The notes: a model not told the origin generated them from the letters alone. DNA of 64,000 nt from Hydrolagus affinis (GCA_012026655.1 JAAILG010001257.1:1-64000), one strand, 5' to 3'; counted from the first letter of the stretch, positions 23,901 to 38,260 are shown. Numbers and translations are program-made.

Positions 23901-25411
23901 AATTCATTACTTTCTTTCAGATCACACCCCCTCATTGCATGCAGCCCTCACCCCCCCACCACCCCACCCCACCCCCCACACAGTAATGGCTGATCTGCTA
24001 AAAGTCTGATGGGGGCAATAAGTCTAATTGTTTACAATGTATAAGACCATTTATTCTCATCTCTCACAAGTCTAGAGAGACCTACCCCTGAATTTAGATG
24101 GCTCCGCTCTTAATCCTTCTGTATCGATTGACATTCTCAACTTCACATCTCCCCTGATCTTAAGATAAATTTGCACGTCTCCTCCTTGAAGCTTGCAAGA
24201 AGCTGGATTTCTTCATTTAAGTTAAACTGCAAAGTCGATCCCATGGAAATATTTTGAGAGTTGTGTGATTCCATTAGATAAGTTAGCAAAATACTAGAAC
24301 GAGAATGTTGCTTTGCTAGTTTAAAATATATTTGTGGAAGGTCATCGGAAGGCAACTCAGAGGCAATCCTGGATAGACACAAGAGAAAGCTAGTTGTCTG
24401 TTCGACCACCTTTCCATTACCTCTGATCTCCATCCTCTCTCTCTCTCTGTCTCTCAAACCATTATTTTGATACAGTATTACTATGGCCCACATTATTACA
24501 ATCATGTCACTCTTGTCTCTCTCAGACTTCATGCTCATTCTTCTCCCTACATCCATAATGACTTGTCATCACACTATCTCCCACTCGAACTCTATCTTTC
24601 CCAGTGGGCCTCTTTAACTCCTTTCCTCCAACAATCCAACAGCAAATACCAAACTGTGGAATAATCTAACCACATCTTCTCAATTTCTCATTTTCCCCTC
24701 CGCTCTTTTTTTCACTTGCTGTGCTGAACTATCGGGTCCTGGCCCTTCACCTAGTTCCTCAGTGTAAAAAAATTCCAACAATTCATCCTATAAAAATGAA
24801 AGGATTAACAACTATGCAAAGGCAGTCCAAAGAGCTGCTGAGCCAGGAATGTCCCCTGGATCAGATTGAAGAACTGGAATGCTAGTCATGGGCAAGAATT
24901 CAAGCTGCTCTCATGCCAGCCTGACAAGGACTGAACGATCACTGGGAATGAGGTCATAACAATTCCCTCTGGCTGTTGCATCCAATGACATCATTGTAAC
25001 CCACATAACACTATAAATCTACAATACGATTGGCAAGTTTTAGGTGGACTTTTGGGAGTGTTGGAATTCTCCGAGCTTCAGGCACAGCTGAAATCATTTG
25101 TAACGCAAGAGATATTCGATGGGTGCCCAGTTAAGAATGCTAAAAGTTTGTGTTTTTTTCCACCTCCCCTGTGCCTCAGATGGTACACATTACCTTGTGG
25201 TGCAACGCTGAGCCAGAACAATCTCAGATATAATACCTTGTTCTGTGCTGCGCTTGTGATCGTAACTAAGCCAGGACAGCGGTGGAGTTCCTCAATTGAA
25301 TTCAATGTCCTGGAGTCATAGTTCCCATTGCCAGCGAATGCTAGTTCAGCAATGGCTGCTGTGTATGTATGTGCCTGTGTGGGATTGTGGAAGCCTCTGC
25401 AGTTGAACGTA

Positions 25412-25570
25412 TAATAATAACCTTGCATTTGACATAGTGCGTTTCACGTCATCGAGACTTCTCAGAGCACTTCACAGAAGATATGCTGAGAAGTTGTTTT
25501 AACTGTATTTGTTTTGGATGGTGGGAGGGCAGAAGCGTGGCAGCTAGTTTGCACACAGCTATGTCCCTCA
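25412..25570 (-). mobile_element. SINE 3' fragment
   Basis: AATAATAACCTTGCATTTGACATAGTG tail and GGCAGCTAGTTTGCACACAGC core. Confidence 0.7.
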
Positions 25571-26596
25571 CACTGCCATGAAGCGAGTGACCCCTGGAAA
25601 TGGATGCTGGGTTCCCTGATGGGTTAAAGCCATTATGGAGTGTGAAACTCACCCATACAGACCAGGCTAGGAAGGTCCCAGGTTCGATCTATAGTCTGTG
25701 TGGGGCATTAGCTGCTCAGAAGAAACAGTAAACTGAACCAGTTTTGACATCCCTCACTCACTCCTTTAAGCAGTGGTGAGCAGTGAACAGCGGTGAAAAA
25801 TCCATGTGGGTGTATGTCAGGGGAGGACAGGATTCACACAGAGAGGGAATTGTTAGAAACCTCTCAGACAAAAAAAAAGAGAGAGAATTAGAAAACTTTC
25901 CGTTTTCAGCTCCTTGAGAGGGGCCAGGAAACGGCGAGCAGTTAAATTTACGACAGTCACATTTACCAGAACGTTCAAGATGTTTTTTTAAAAAAATAAA
26001 AAATGAAGATAGTGATTAGAAAGCAAATTGTTTTGCGAATCCCTCTTTCCCCTCCCTCCCCCACCGCCCCAAAACCGAGTCGAATTCAAAGGCAGTCGCT
26101 CCCCAACCAAGCATTAAAAAACAAAAACAGCATGTTGTCAAGCCGAGGATCTCGTTTCTCCATTATCTTTTGGGCAGAAACTATTAGTCACTCTTCCCCA
26201 TAGCAGCCACCCAAAATAAAGGACGGCCAAACAGAGCAGCAGCAGCGTCTTATAACACACATTTCATTTCAGGACAATCAAATAATGCGTATGGTTTAGA
26301 TTCTCGGGAGGCGCATTTTTTTTCCACCCCAATCTGAATGCTACTGCTGTTTCAGAGCCACGATCGCTCGCTCGCTGTACGTAGAGTTGGGAGCTGGAGT
26401 CTTAGCCAAGTTCAAGTGAAGGAACACTTGGAACTGTGGACAGTACGGTGCCTCAGCATTTCCCGTTACTAACAGCAGTCGAACTAGCGAGCAACAAACA
26501 GATGGAAAACATTTAAATGTTTCCCCCTTCACCAAGTTGTTTCACTCGAGAGCCAGCAACCTTGCAAACGCAAATCAAGACGTCATAAAAAAAACA

Positions 26597-26645
26597 AGAG
26601 AGAGAGAGAGAGAGAGAGAAAGGGGGAGGGAGGGAGGGAGGGAGA
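26597..26645. repeat. (GA)n/(GGGA)n polypurine tract
   Basis: Direct reading. Confidence 0.9.
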
Positions 26646-27852
26646 GCTTAAAAAAAAGTAGCATTGTTGTAGGAAGGGCTGGTCCGATCAGACAAGTGTA
26701 CCTGGCTGGAGATTGTGTACAGATTAAAAGATGTCCTTTCTCCTCTGCTGTGTTGCTGCTGTGTGCTGTGCTGTGTTCAAACACTCTCAGGCAATACCCT
26801 GTATGAGGGGGCGCTGTACAAATGCAAGTTGCTGTTGTGGTGTGCTTTGGTGGCTCGTTGCCCTCTAAATTAAGCTGCTAGATTGTTGTTTATGTCTCAA
26901 GTATACGTGTAAACAGTTCTTGGCGTCCAGTGAGAGATGAGCATCTCACTGGTGTAAAATCCAATAAAAAGGGCTTGAGGCTACTGAGCTGGGAGGTATT
27001 TTTTTGGGTAGTTTGTGTGCACACAGCGTGGACATTTGTGAAAGGAACTCAGTGTCGGATGGGAAGTTTGATTAACATTCAACTTGTTTTTAAAGATTGC
27101 TGAATTAACAAGCCAGTGAGTGTTCTTGAACACACACCACCAATAGCAAAAACTCTCTTCCTCCCCCCCACCCCTCCCTCAAGTTTCTGACACTATGGGG
27201 GTGGAGGTGAGGGTGAGAGTGGCATGGTAGAGGGAAACAAGAAAAATACCAACTAAAATTACCATTTCACAAAGTGCAGCGTTATTTCTGACGATCGCTG
27301 ATTAAATTCCAGTCATTTTACAGACACAATGGCTGTAAATTTGATCCTTCGGTGCTAAAATTATACATCTACATTCAGTTTAATACCTGGAAATTACGTT
27401 TAAAAAAAACTCACTCACTTAGTGGTTCAGATTGCCAATAAAACCTCGTCTGAATCATTTACTAAAATTGTTCTGTAAATCGCTCACACCTACTTATTCT
27501 CTGTGTCTGAGAAAATTCACATTATATACGTCAAGTGTAATTACCTTACTAATTACTAAACCATTAATATCCTACACATTTCAATAAAATTGTGTTTTTT
27601 TTTAATCTGTCTCTTCTCTGCATGCTCTGCCTAGTTGTTAATCATAACCACTTCATTTCATGTAGTACCTATAACCTGAAACCTTTCATCGGAAATTTCT
27701 CTCAAGTGTAGTGACTGTCTTTGTAGGCAAATGTGGCAAGATCCCACAAACAACTACTGTATAAAGCGAAGAATCAATTTATCCAGAAGATTGTTGGCCA
27801 GGACCCTGAGAGAACCAGTATTAACTTTTCTAGGAGTTAAGGAACTTAGAAT

Positions 27853-27878
27853 TTGTTGTTGTTGTTGTTGTTGTTGTT
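27853..27878. repeat. (TTG)n microsatellite
   Basis: Direct reading. Confidence 0.9.
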
Positions 27879-27906
27879 TCAGTGCCTTGGGACATCCTCC
27901 CGACAT

Positions 27907-28203
27907 GGAGTCCTGTAGCTCGGTGGTTAGAGCACTCGCCTTACAAACGAGAGAGCCGGCTACGATTCCAGGCAGGGCGAAACATTGAGCAAGTTTCCCT
28001 ACTCCACACGCCTGATAATAATCCCACCAGAAAAAACCCAATAATAAATTGGTCACTTCAACCCACGACCGTGCGCAAATTGGCTGCTGCGTTTTGCCCA
28101 CATATAAAAGACAACTCACGTCACAGTACATTCTGTGAAGCACTTTGAGACACCTAGAAGGCGTGAAAAGCGCAATATCAAATACAAGGATTGTTATTAT
28201 TAT
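27907..28203 (+). mobile_element. Full-length young tRNA-headed SINE inserted inside an L2 tail fragment (27881-27906 plus 28204-28238)
   Basis: The flanks join to GGGACATCCTCCCGACAT|GAAAGGAGCAACATAAATGTAATTTGTT, matching the uninterrupted tail family. Confidence 0.9.
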
Positions 28204-30898
28204 GAAAGGAGCAACATAAATGTAATTTGTTATTGTTGCGACATCAAGAAATGTTTAAGGTCCATCTGAACAAGCAGATATGACAGGATCTGGGTTTAAC
28301 AGTCTGACCAGATGGATGGCACCTCTGACAATGCAGCATTGTACTGGAGTGTCAGTATATATTTCCTTTTTTTTATATAAAAACACAAAAGGTTTTATTT
28401 TCATCAATGCTCTGGGAAATAATGTAACCTAATGGAAGAAAAATACACGAAATCGGCAGCAGATTAGATAATATAGTCTGTGGTGGAGCCAGGAAGCTTG
28501 GGAATCGTACAGTGTAGTGTATGTCTGAGCGGGTAGTTCAGCTCCTGATCCTCAGAAGGCTGCTGACATTGTTGAGATAACAAAACAAACATGGAAATGT
28601 ATTTTTAGTCTGCAATTTATTAGTCAACTGACATTTGTACTCACTGGGGGGGAAAAAAAAACGTAACCCTAACCCACTGAAGACTTAATGTACCATTTTG
28701 TCTGTTGGTTTAACATACTCGATCCAAATATTCAGTGAAGCACAACCTTATTTTTCATTTGCAGTTTTCTGGGTCTCATGAAATGTAATATTAAATTACC
28801 AGTTGATTGTGTAAAATGATTGCTATTTAAACTGAATGTTAGTGGCATTGCCATCCACCGCAGGTCTCTTTTCCTACACCATTACACCCAAACCCAGGCA
28901 CTGATTGATTTTTACAATAAAGAGGAGTTTTACCCTTTGACCTTTACCCTTTTGAATTTCTGGATCCCACCCCTGAAATCAGACACTGACTGACTGACGC
29001 TCGGGCTTAAGCCTCGCTTCTCAAAGCAAACGTAATAAGCAGGTGCCAGTAGTTCAGTCCGAGCACACAGAACGTAAACAGCAGAACACGGTCAGAAATA
29101 CACGCCATTCACAATATCTCGGATTGTCCTGTCTGGGGAAAATGTCAGCTGTAGGCAGACATCACTAACTTCGGAATAATTTAATGGCTGCACACCAATT
29201 AGCTCAGCTCACTGACCCGCTGTCCCTATCCATCACATTAATTCAGCCTGGTGCCTCTCTTCCTTTGGCTGTCTGGTGCCTGGGATACAGGAAGGACCTG
29301 TCTGACTGCCCACTCCATCTCTCTCCCAGCAGCAAGACACGAGCCCATCCCCGAGCCACAACCTCCACAGGAAGATTCCGACTGCATCACTCTACATTCG
29401 GGAACAAAGTCTGGGCTGGACTCAGTGGCAACACTGGGTCACACCCGCCCTTCCTCAGCGAGTCAAAATCAGACCTTTCCAGAGAGAGAGAGAGAGAGAT
29501 ACAACAACAATGTAGTCTTTCTACAATGCAGCCTTATCTGTGGGTGTGAAGGGAATCAGCCAGTGAACTGTGTTATCTTTAATTACGCATCTACTGGGCT
29601 GCATTCCAGTACAGCTAACTCAAAAGCTCCCATTTTACATGGAAAGATACTGCTGCTGATTGGAATTTAAAAGGTTAGCGTGTTAATGATGGGGATCCCC
29701 TTTATTCTAATATTATTATTACTGGCATCTACACCACACTGCTGATGTGAACTCGCCCTAGCCGGATTCGACGCATGTAAATGAAGGATCCCACAAAACC
29801 ACTACCGCCACTTGTAACCTTGCATGTAGGCGCACACATGTTTACACAATGCAACATCAAATCAAGCTGAACAGTGGGCAGATGCTTCCCGATTCCCATT
29901 TGCGTAACGCAGCCTTTCTATTGAGGCAAGGTGCTACCTGAAGCCTGGTCTCAAATGCAACCCCCCCCCACCCCCACAACCCCGGCTATGCTCTTCACAC
30001 AAGAATGACAATTATAATTCGATCATGGGCAGGCCAAAGGAAGCCATCTGAACAGCTAAAAGCTACTGGAAAAAAACCCCACAGGAGACACACACACACA
30101 CACACACACTGTTCCAGTCAACCTCAAAACAACATCTCCAAGTTCTGCATGGGTTGTTGAGGCAGGAGGAAGACACAAGGCTGAATTTTCTCTCTTTAAA
30201 AAAAATAATATAACATAATCCAACACTTCACCTCATTGCCAGAATGATCCTCTCTGTGTCAAACCCCATGTTAAAAATGCACGCCTTGTTCATTATTGTT
30301 TTAAATGCCACTGCTGTCAGATTCTAATCCTTTCATTAATTTGCAGTGCAGCTCTAATACTCTATGGAGCGAGTACTTGAACTACTAACACACTAAACAC
30401 ATGCACCAGTGACCACACCAGATATCTAAAGTTATCAACGTTTTCTATTTAAGGTCAGATCCATTAGATTCTTACTGGCTTCATAGCACGCTCCTTCCCC
30501 TCACAGATACACACACACACACACAAAACATGGACAGTGGCCTGACTCCCAATAAAAACAGTTGGTTATGTTGTAACTAGGACTTTTGGACTATTGTCTT
30601 GAAGGTATTATAGGACCTATTAATCCCAGGTGTAAGGATATTGTTTAAGGGTGTAAATACCAGAGAGGAGGAGCATAGCAGTGTACGCATTAGCTAAATT
30701 CCTGCATTACTCTATTTCCATCCAGGGAAATAAAAACTATTGTAAGGAGACTATTGTACGAACAACTGCAACATCATTAAACCTCTGCCATACCTTGCTT
30801 ACCAACCTAGCCAGACACAGTATCTCAAAAGTCATTATAGTGAGGTAAAGTGAAATTGTGGAAGAAAGGGTGAGAGAGTCACACAACTAGTGACGAAC

Positions 30899-31030
30899 AA
30901 TAATAATAATAATAATTCTTGTATTTGATATAACGCTTTTCACATCTTCTAAACATCTCACACGCGCTTCCCAGAATATACTGTAAAGTGAATTGATTGT
31001 ACATTTGTGGGAGAACACGGCAGCCAATTA
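30899..31030 (-). mobile_element. SINE 3' fragment
   Basis: (AAT)n, CAGAATATACTGTAAAGTGAATTGA and GGCAGCCAATT motifs. Confidence 0.8.
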
Positions 31031-32623
31031 ACAATGGGGCTTGTACAAGTGAGGATGATCAAACCTGCGAACCATGATTTAGCAAATTATGGGTAGACTA
31101 TAAAGCGCTCATTTGTGAATAAATCTGTGAAATGATGTGCCCTGTGGAGAAGACATGAAACTGTACCGAATGTGAGAGCTTCATTATATTTTACAGTATG
31201 TTTAGCGCCACCAGGAAAAAATGCAGTATGCACAACGACCACACACAGATTCTTCACTTTAAATTTGCCTAAAAGACGAGACCAATTGAAGAAAGATGAA
31301 ATCCTGACTGCCCAATAAAAGCAAACTCACTTTGTGAGTCCCTCCCCACCCCCTCCCCGGAGAGGAGCTTTGAGAAAAAAAGCACTTGCTTTCCAAAAAC
31401 TCCATCGTGAAACTGCCTCTTCCATTAAAGCATTTCAACAGTATAAAGTCATAATGTAGTATCGTGTAAAACTTTATAGGAAAATAGGTCCACTACAAAC
31501 ACGAGCCACAGCTAAACTCTCCGGGCACTGATTTTTCCCCTTTAGAGCTTGCAGCATCCAACCATTTTCCACCGTGTTCTGTTACGAAAAAATACTTTCT
31601 GAACATCTGTGAGATGAGTGTCTATTTATCCAGATTTCCCCTGGATTCAGAGAATATGATAATCGGCAAAACAGAAGGAATGAAAATCAAGTTAATGTCA
31701 TTTCAAGAGGACTGCCTTTTGTTTTGTTACAAAAAAACATTCTTTTAAAAAACAATTAAAAACATTTAACCTTGCTTTATTTTTTTTCCCCATTTTGAAA
31801 CAGCAACAGTATTCCTTCCTGTCCTCAAACAACACTTTCTGCAAAATGAAACCGCAGCGGTGTAACTCTAATTCAGTCTGCATTACTGTGATCTGCGCAT
31901 TTGCCAATTATGTAAAGTCTAGAATTATAAAACTCATCTTGGAAAGAAAACACAAAGGGGCTTCTGTGTGATTTTTACACAGCTGCATAGCCCGTCATTA
32001 TTGCTTTACACTGAGCACTGACTCCTATCCACAGGGGAACAGGATCGTTCACTATAAATGAGAAAGGAGGGGACTACGTAATTCCAGTTTTAAATAGGCT
32101 CTGTAGGGAATCACAGCAATGAATTGTAGTGCAGTTTACAGTATTTGACTAATTCTCTACCTGTGATCAGACTGAATGGTTTAACTATATAGGATTAGTC
32201 TGCTCACAACAGGAAATCTATGTTGTTATTGGACTTATTGGAGAGCATTTGAAGTCCAGAAGTTTCTGAAATTGGGGAGGATTGAGCTCTGAATGAACAG
32301 ATCCGAACAGTGCAGAAAAAAAAGCCAAGGCAAAAACTCCGAGCTGTTTGGCTGGCACTGAGGAGCGAGATTCGTGATCAGCATGAGTAACAACAACAAC
32401 AACAACAAAATTAGGCACAGATCTCAAACCAATTTGAACATATGGAGCAGTGTTTATTCTTCTGAGCGATATGTCAAAATAGGCTACATTTTAAACCGCA
32501 ATGAGCAACAGCCATTCCTAATGAGCAAACACTGGAAACTTGGCCCGAAATTATGCTTTCTGATGTTTATGTATATATATAATATATACACACATAAACA
32601 TTTTATATATACATTTCTGCACG

Positions 32624-33059
32624 ATTACCCCAGTCCTCACCAGACTTCACTGGTTCCATGTCACAGAGCGGATTGACTTCGAGATCCTCACTCTGGTGTT
32701 CAAATCCCCCCACTTGTCTGCAAACCCCTACCTCTCTAACCTCCTCTCTCCTCACAGCAGTACCCACTGCCTCCCGCTCCAGTGGGTCTGGCCTCCTCCT
32801 TGTCCTGCGAATCCTCCGCTCCACCATCGGCAACCGTGCCTTCAGCCACTACACCCCAAAACTCTGGAACTCCCTCCCTCAATCCCTCCGCCTCACCCCA
32901 TCCTTTTCCATTTTCAGGTCGCACTTGAAAACCTTTCTGTTCGACCTTGCCGACGGTCACCTTCCCCCTCCCTCTGGCTCAGGCCCGGGGCTCTGCTATT
33001 GTGAAGCGCTCTGAGACGCCGCCTTGCGTGGAGGGTGCTATATAAATTCAAGTTGTTGT
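32624..33059 (+). mobile_element. 5'-truncated L2-clade LINE (ORF2 C-terminus, 3' UTR and tail)
   Basis: ITPVLTRLHW..., then after a frameshift IGNRAFSHYTPKLWNSLPQSLRLTPSFSIFRSHLKTFLF, the classic L2 ORF2 end; tail TGTGAAGCGCTCTGAGACG...TATATAAATTCAAGTTGTTGT. Confidence 0.9.
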
Positions 33060-35689
33060 AATATATATTTGTTTTAATGATTTTTTGCAATTTTCTTGAC
33101 TGGTCATAGGAATAAGAACATTTCTCAGTATCATTCCACTGTCCACATTTTAAATGGGTGTTGGGTAATCAAATTGTTCAGCAAAACTGAAGAAGCCCTA
33201 CTTAAGAGACTTTCTCAGTCCGGTGACTGTAGCTAAACTGCTCTGTTTCAGGATTTCAGCAAGTTGGCATGAAGCCCGCTTATTGTCGCTTTACACAGTA
33301 CTTGTTTGTCTCTTCCAGCGAAAGGGACGTAGCAAATAAGAGGCGGAGTGGAGCACACTGCAAGACTATATAATGCAGACATACACCAGTGGTGCTATCA
33401 GTGCCCCTCACTGTTCCACTGTTTTAAAGACATTCCATTCACATTTCACATGTACTATGTGTTTGATTGTCAACCTTCCCCACTCTTGTCTTGTATCTTG
33501 TGGTTGCTGTTGCCGATTCCCATTTTACTGCCACTAATAGGCACAAAGGCCTTGTTGGTTGAGGGAATTGTAACCAATTCTGTACCATACTTTACCGGGA
33601 TGTTTTATGATTATTATTATTGTATACTGCTGCAGTGTAAAGGGGACTGACCGCACCACGCCACATCTGTTCCTCCTGAGCTGCGAGAAGCTTCAGTGCT
33701 AGAATTAAGGCGATGGCCTCCAAGTGCACTTTAACACTCTGCTGACTCCCAGCATCTATCTCAGAGAGAAACGTGAGCCGGCAACTGTGCGTGGACTGGA
33801 AAAAGGCGTCAGCGTAACTGATGCCGCTTTCATCGTGGATTCATATTTTGTACTTCAAAATAAATGAAAGACTTACTTGCTTCCCTCCTGGTACAATTCA
33901 AATTGTTTTTAAACACGGATCTACTGTCTCGCCTGCCAATGTAAAACCCCTTTCTGGTGGGGATTTTGAAGCTCTTTCATTTGAGGCACGGGAAACATAA
34001 AGTTAAATAAGATATATGGCAGACGTACGATTTTGAATAAAATATTGTTTGCTAGTAAACGTTTTTGTGGCTACAGTTTCCGTATCAATCAGAGGGCTGT
34101 TTAGCTACACTGGGGCTCCCTTGGGATTGCTTTCCCACCAGGGTCTATTAATGAATGTTCTGTGGGATTTTGCAGTTTAAATCTCTGACAACAACGGAAA
34201 CTTTGCCTTTACAGATCCACCCCATTAGATATTTCTAATGAGCAGCAAGTTTGTGCAGTCTCAACTGTAATAGAATCCGGTAACTGAAGACATGAATAAT
34301 CAGGAAAATGAAAACAACATATCAAAATAACAAAGTCTATTAAATACACAAGCGGAAGTTCAGCAGACCATTTTTGGTGCTTATGTAATTTAAATGGATG
34401 CTATGTTTTTTGCTGAACCAAAACATATTTTACTTAAGTAAATGTGTTTAAAAAAGGGGGAGTGTGGTTTGCAGCCTCTATACAACCTTCATTAATTAAC
34501 TGGATAGAGGAAACAAACCTCACATTGTAAAGGAATACAATGTAGGAAGTGATTCTTAAACTGGAAAGTCTGGCGAGAACTTATTATCATAACAATTCCA
34601 TTGACCTGCCTGCTTAAAACATAGAGGCTTTTTAAATGACTTCTAGTAAACTGACTAAAAGTACAACTCTATCCGTTTACTATAATGAAAAGTAGATCAG
34701 ATCAAATGTCTCAACGAGGTGAAGTCTAGCCATTAGAAGCTGGAGTGATTGATATTTAAACTCTGGTTCATCCCAAGGCTTCTGGGCACACAAAGGTCCT
34801 ACACAGCTAATGAAACTATGTGTCTGTTTCGCATCCTTTTCACAAGGAGGCTTTCATGAAACAGAGCGAGTTCCTGTTTACAATAACTACTGTTTCCCCA
34901 CCCACCTGCTCTGCTTAAAATTTCTCCAAAAACCCAATGTGCATGTTCTGACTTCTGCCTGTTCAGAAGTGTATGACACCGGGAAACTGAAAGCAGATTT
35001 TTTTTTCCTTTTTCAAAGAAAGTGTTTATTCCTGGTACTAATGAGTTTTACACACCCTTACGGTAAAACTACTGGTGTGCTAGGGGATGACTGATTGTAT
35101 TTTTTTAAAAAAAAGATGTTTTTTTTCACTCTCTCTCTGTCTGATGTCATGTAAAAAACATTGTTTTGTTCATTGACTTTGACCATTTCAAGCAAAGAAT
35201 CTTTCTTTCAGCTCAAAGTGCAACAACCTCCAACGTTTTCAAGAGTTTGCCAGCTTAGATCGTATTTCGCTTTGATGTGGTAAAAAAAACCTTAATCACA
35301 AACATCACCACATTAAGGATTCAACTCCACACTGGAATTCAAGTTTCTGGGACCTGGGCTGCCAAGATCTGAGCGTTTAGCGTCAGAATTATTTAAAAAT
35401 TGAGGGTTTCTTTCACTGATGTGTCACATTAAATGTGCAAAAACGACTTTCAGTCGAAGAATATAAACATATGTTGTTGTTTTAAGAGAAATGAAAGTTA
35501 ACTTTAAAACCGGCGGTTTCAATGCCCTAACTAATGTTTCACTGCTAACTTTCGTCAGTTTCCTTGGAATCTATCTCTTTACTGTTTCTGTTCCTCACTT
35601 TCCCTCCTACGCCCATGGGGGCGGAAAGAAAACCGAAATGTAACTTTCAAGAGCAAAACTGCTCAGAGCAGAGAGCAAGTCAGAGGAGT

Positions 35690-35830
35690 GGGGGTAAATC
35701 ACTACCCCACCTCCTTCCTCCTACACTCCCTGCCCTCCACTCTTCCTGATCCCAACCCCCAGCTCGCTTCCAAATCCCTGACTATCCAGCACCTTGGGAA
35801 GACCTCCTGTTGTGAAAGCTACACAAATTT
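35690..35830 (+). mobile_element. L2-type 3' end fragment
   Basis: CCTGATCCCAACCCCCAGCTCG...CACCTTGGGAAGACCTCCTG matches the tail family. Confidence 0.6.
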
Positions 35831-37669
35831 CTCCACACATAATACTCCACTTGTAAAACTTCCTTCTTTACACCCCCGCCCCACCCCGCCCCCAACCACA
35901 TGATGCCCCATCTGAGAATCTGCTCACTTACCCTCCCAGAAAATCCCATAGTAACTGCCCCCTTTATCTTCACTTTATACTTTGGGAGCCAGCCTGCCCC
36001 TTGCCTCAAACCATCATTCTATCTGAAAAATTTGCCCCTTTGCTCATCTTGGGAATTTGTACCATTCGATTCCAAGCTACCTGGCTGAAGGATTTGCCCC
36101 CTTTGAACAACTAAACCATGTCCCATCCGACAATCTCTCCCTTTATACCCTCAGTATCAGTCTCAACTACTACCAAAAGTCCAAAGAGCGGATGCATTGA
36201 GATGCTGGCGACTGCCTCGAAGTCAACGCACATCCCCTGCCTGCCCAGAAGGTTTTATTTTGATAAGCCATCAAACAGCAAAGCTTTAGCAATATTCAAC
36301 AATGTCAGAAGTGCAGAACCTTTTCTGCAGCTTAATTGGGATTTCTTTTTATTGCCGGGGAAAGGAGAGGAGAGAAAATCAGTTCATTCTTTCACCGGGA
36401 CAGCGCAGTTTCATGAACCCTAAAGCAACGCTTTCCCAATTATGCTTTGAACAAGAGTAATGTGAAGGTCCAGGCGATTATTTAATGAAAAGATTCTACA
36501 AAAGTTCTTCTGCGCGGCTGAATGGGCAGCGCCTTTAATACCGAGTAAGTGCAGTGCCTCGGGCAATGCTGCTATCGACATGAAAACCAACCAAATGACC
36601 ACTGAGCAAGTCATTTCTAACACCGGGGAGAGAAAACAAGAAGCCAACCCTCTAACTCATTGCTCCCAGACAGCACTGATTCATCATCCTTTATTCGTCT
36701 ATTCAAAGGCATTCAATTAGCTGCAGGGGCTGCTGCTGTGGTTCAGAAGCTGCATACACCCTCACACCCTCAAAAGCTCACAGTCTGCCTGCCATTGGAA
36801 TTGCCACAGCCCTTTGAAATCAAATCCTTTCTCTCTCTCTCTCTCTACTAGCATGTTTCAAGAGGTTTATTCCACAGTTTAAATGTCCAGCAACCATTAC
36901 AAAATCAGGATTTGGGGAGGGGGAGAGAAGAGGAGTTAGAAGAATTAATTTTTAATTCTGCTAATAACCCTAGACAAGGCTATACATTCCTTAAAGCCCA
37001 AGAAAGCTGAGTATTTTGAATGCACATTCGCTCTTTCAACAGAACAAATGCACTAAGACATTCGCTTCTGAACATCCCCAGTAACCTCACCGATGACAGA
37101 AAAATATATACGTTTTTAAATACAGGAAGATTGTAATTGTTTTGTGAGCATTAAGACAGTGAAGGAGCATAATTTGTTTGTGAAAGCGATCATCTTCCCG
37201 TTAGGAGAGCTTGCAGAACGAACAAAAAAAACTCGCACAGCCAAATGAGTTTCAGGGCCCAGGCAACAGCTGCTGGCAGTGTATTCACTGCCTGCTCCAG
37301 AGATCAGATTTCATGCTTTTTTGTTCCCTCTCCAGCTGGCCAGCTTCCACATTCCTCCACCCACAAAACTCTAACTCACTGTAAACTTTGGCCTCTCTGC
37401 TGCTCTGCTTGTGTCATTCCCAGAAACAGAAACCAAGCACAGGCATTAGGAATTGAGAGTAAAAAAAATGCCCTCGTTTCAAAACCTTTTTTCCTATATT
37501 ATCCTGTTTTTTTCTACAACAACCAGAAATAGGAAGACCTCATTCCGCTCGCTGCTAGTTGTTTGGCTCTTTAATTAATGACTGAAGGTACCAATTGACA
37601 ATCTCCACCTTAAAGATATCACATCGAAAACGTCCCCAAATGCCTCGCAGAGCTTTTGCTTTAAAGGTG

Positions 37670-37920
37670 TAGTAGTCGAGAATTTGTAGACAGGGTGGCA
37701 ACCAATTTGCACTCAACAATGTCCCACAAAGAGCTGTGAAGTGAATGACATTGTTTTCTCTCTCATCTCATCCAAAAGACAGCACCTTGGATAATGCAGT
37801 CCTCCACAGTGCTGCTTTGAAGTGTCAACATAGATTATGATCTGAAAGTCCAGAAGGTAGAGAGGCTTGAATGTCTGACTTGGAGGCGAACATACAACCA
37901 ACCGAGACAAGCTGACACTT
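37670..37920 (-). mobile_element. Old Deu-type SINE, internally deleted
   Basis: GGCAACCAATTTGCAC, TCTCATCTCATCCAAAAGACAGCACC, and a tRNA-like head remnant at 37860-37915. Confidence 0.6.
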
Positions 37921-38140
37921 ACATAATCTGTTCAAATCATTTGCCATTAGTGAGGAAATGTCAACATTGGTTAAAAAATAATACGTAGACACATATTCAG
38001 AATTTAGCAGAATATAATGCGGAATATAGTGATAGTCTGGGAGCCCCCAGATTTCTGTCCGAAGCTCGTCCAACAGAGCAGCTCCTAGCAAAGGGAGGTG
38101 GTTTGTGAAGCAGCAATGGCAGACATTGATATAAAAACTT

Positions 38141-38260
38141 ATAATAATAATAAATAATCCTTGCATTTTGATGTAGCGCTTTTTCACATCTTCTAGACGT
38201 CTCAAAGCGCTTCACTGAATGTGCTGTAAAGTGAATTGACTGGATATTTGTGGGCGAATA
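38141..38260 (-). mobile_element. Young SINE 3' fragment
   Basis: Tail motif closely matches the full-length copies. Confidence 0.85.

Larger units (their letters stand above)
27700..28356 (-). mobile_element. Old Deu-domain SINE hosting nested insertions
   Basis: 27700-27815 and 28250-28356 correspond to consecutive parts of the 3030-3440 element. Confidence 0.65.
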
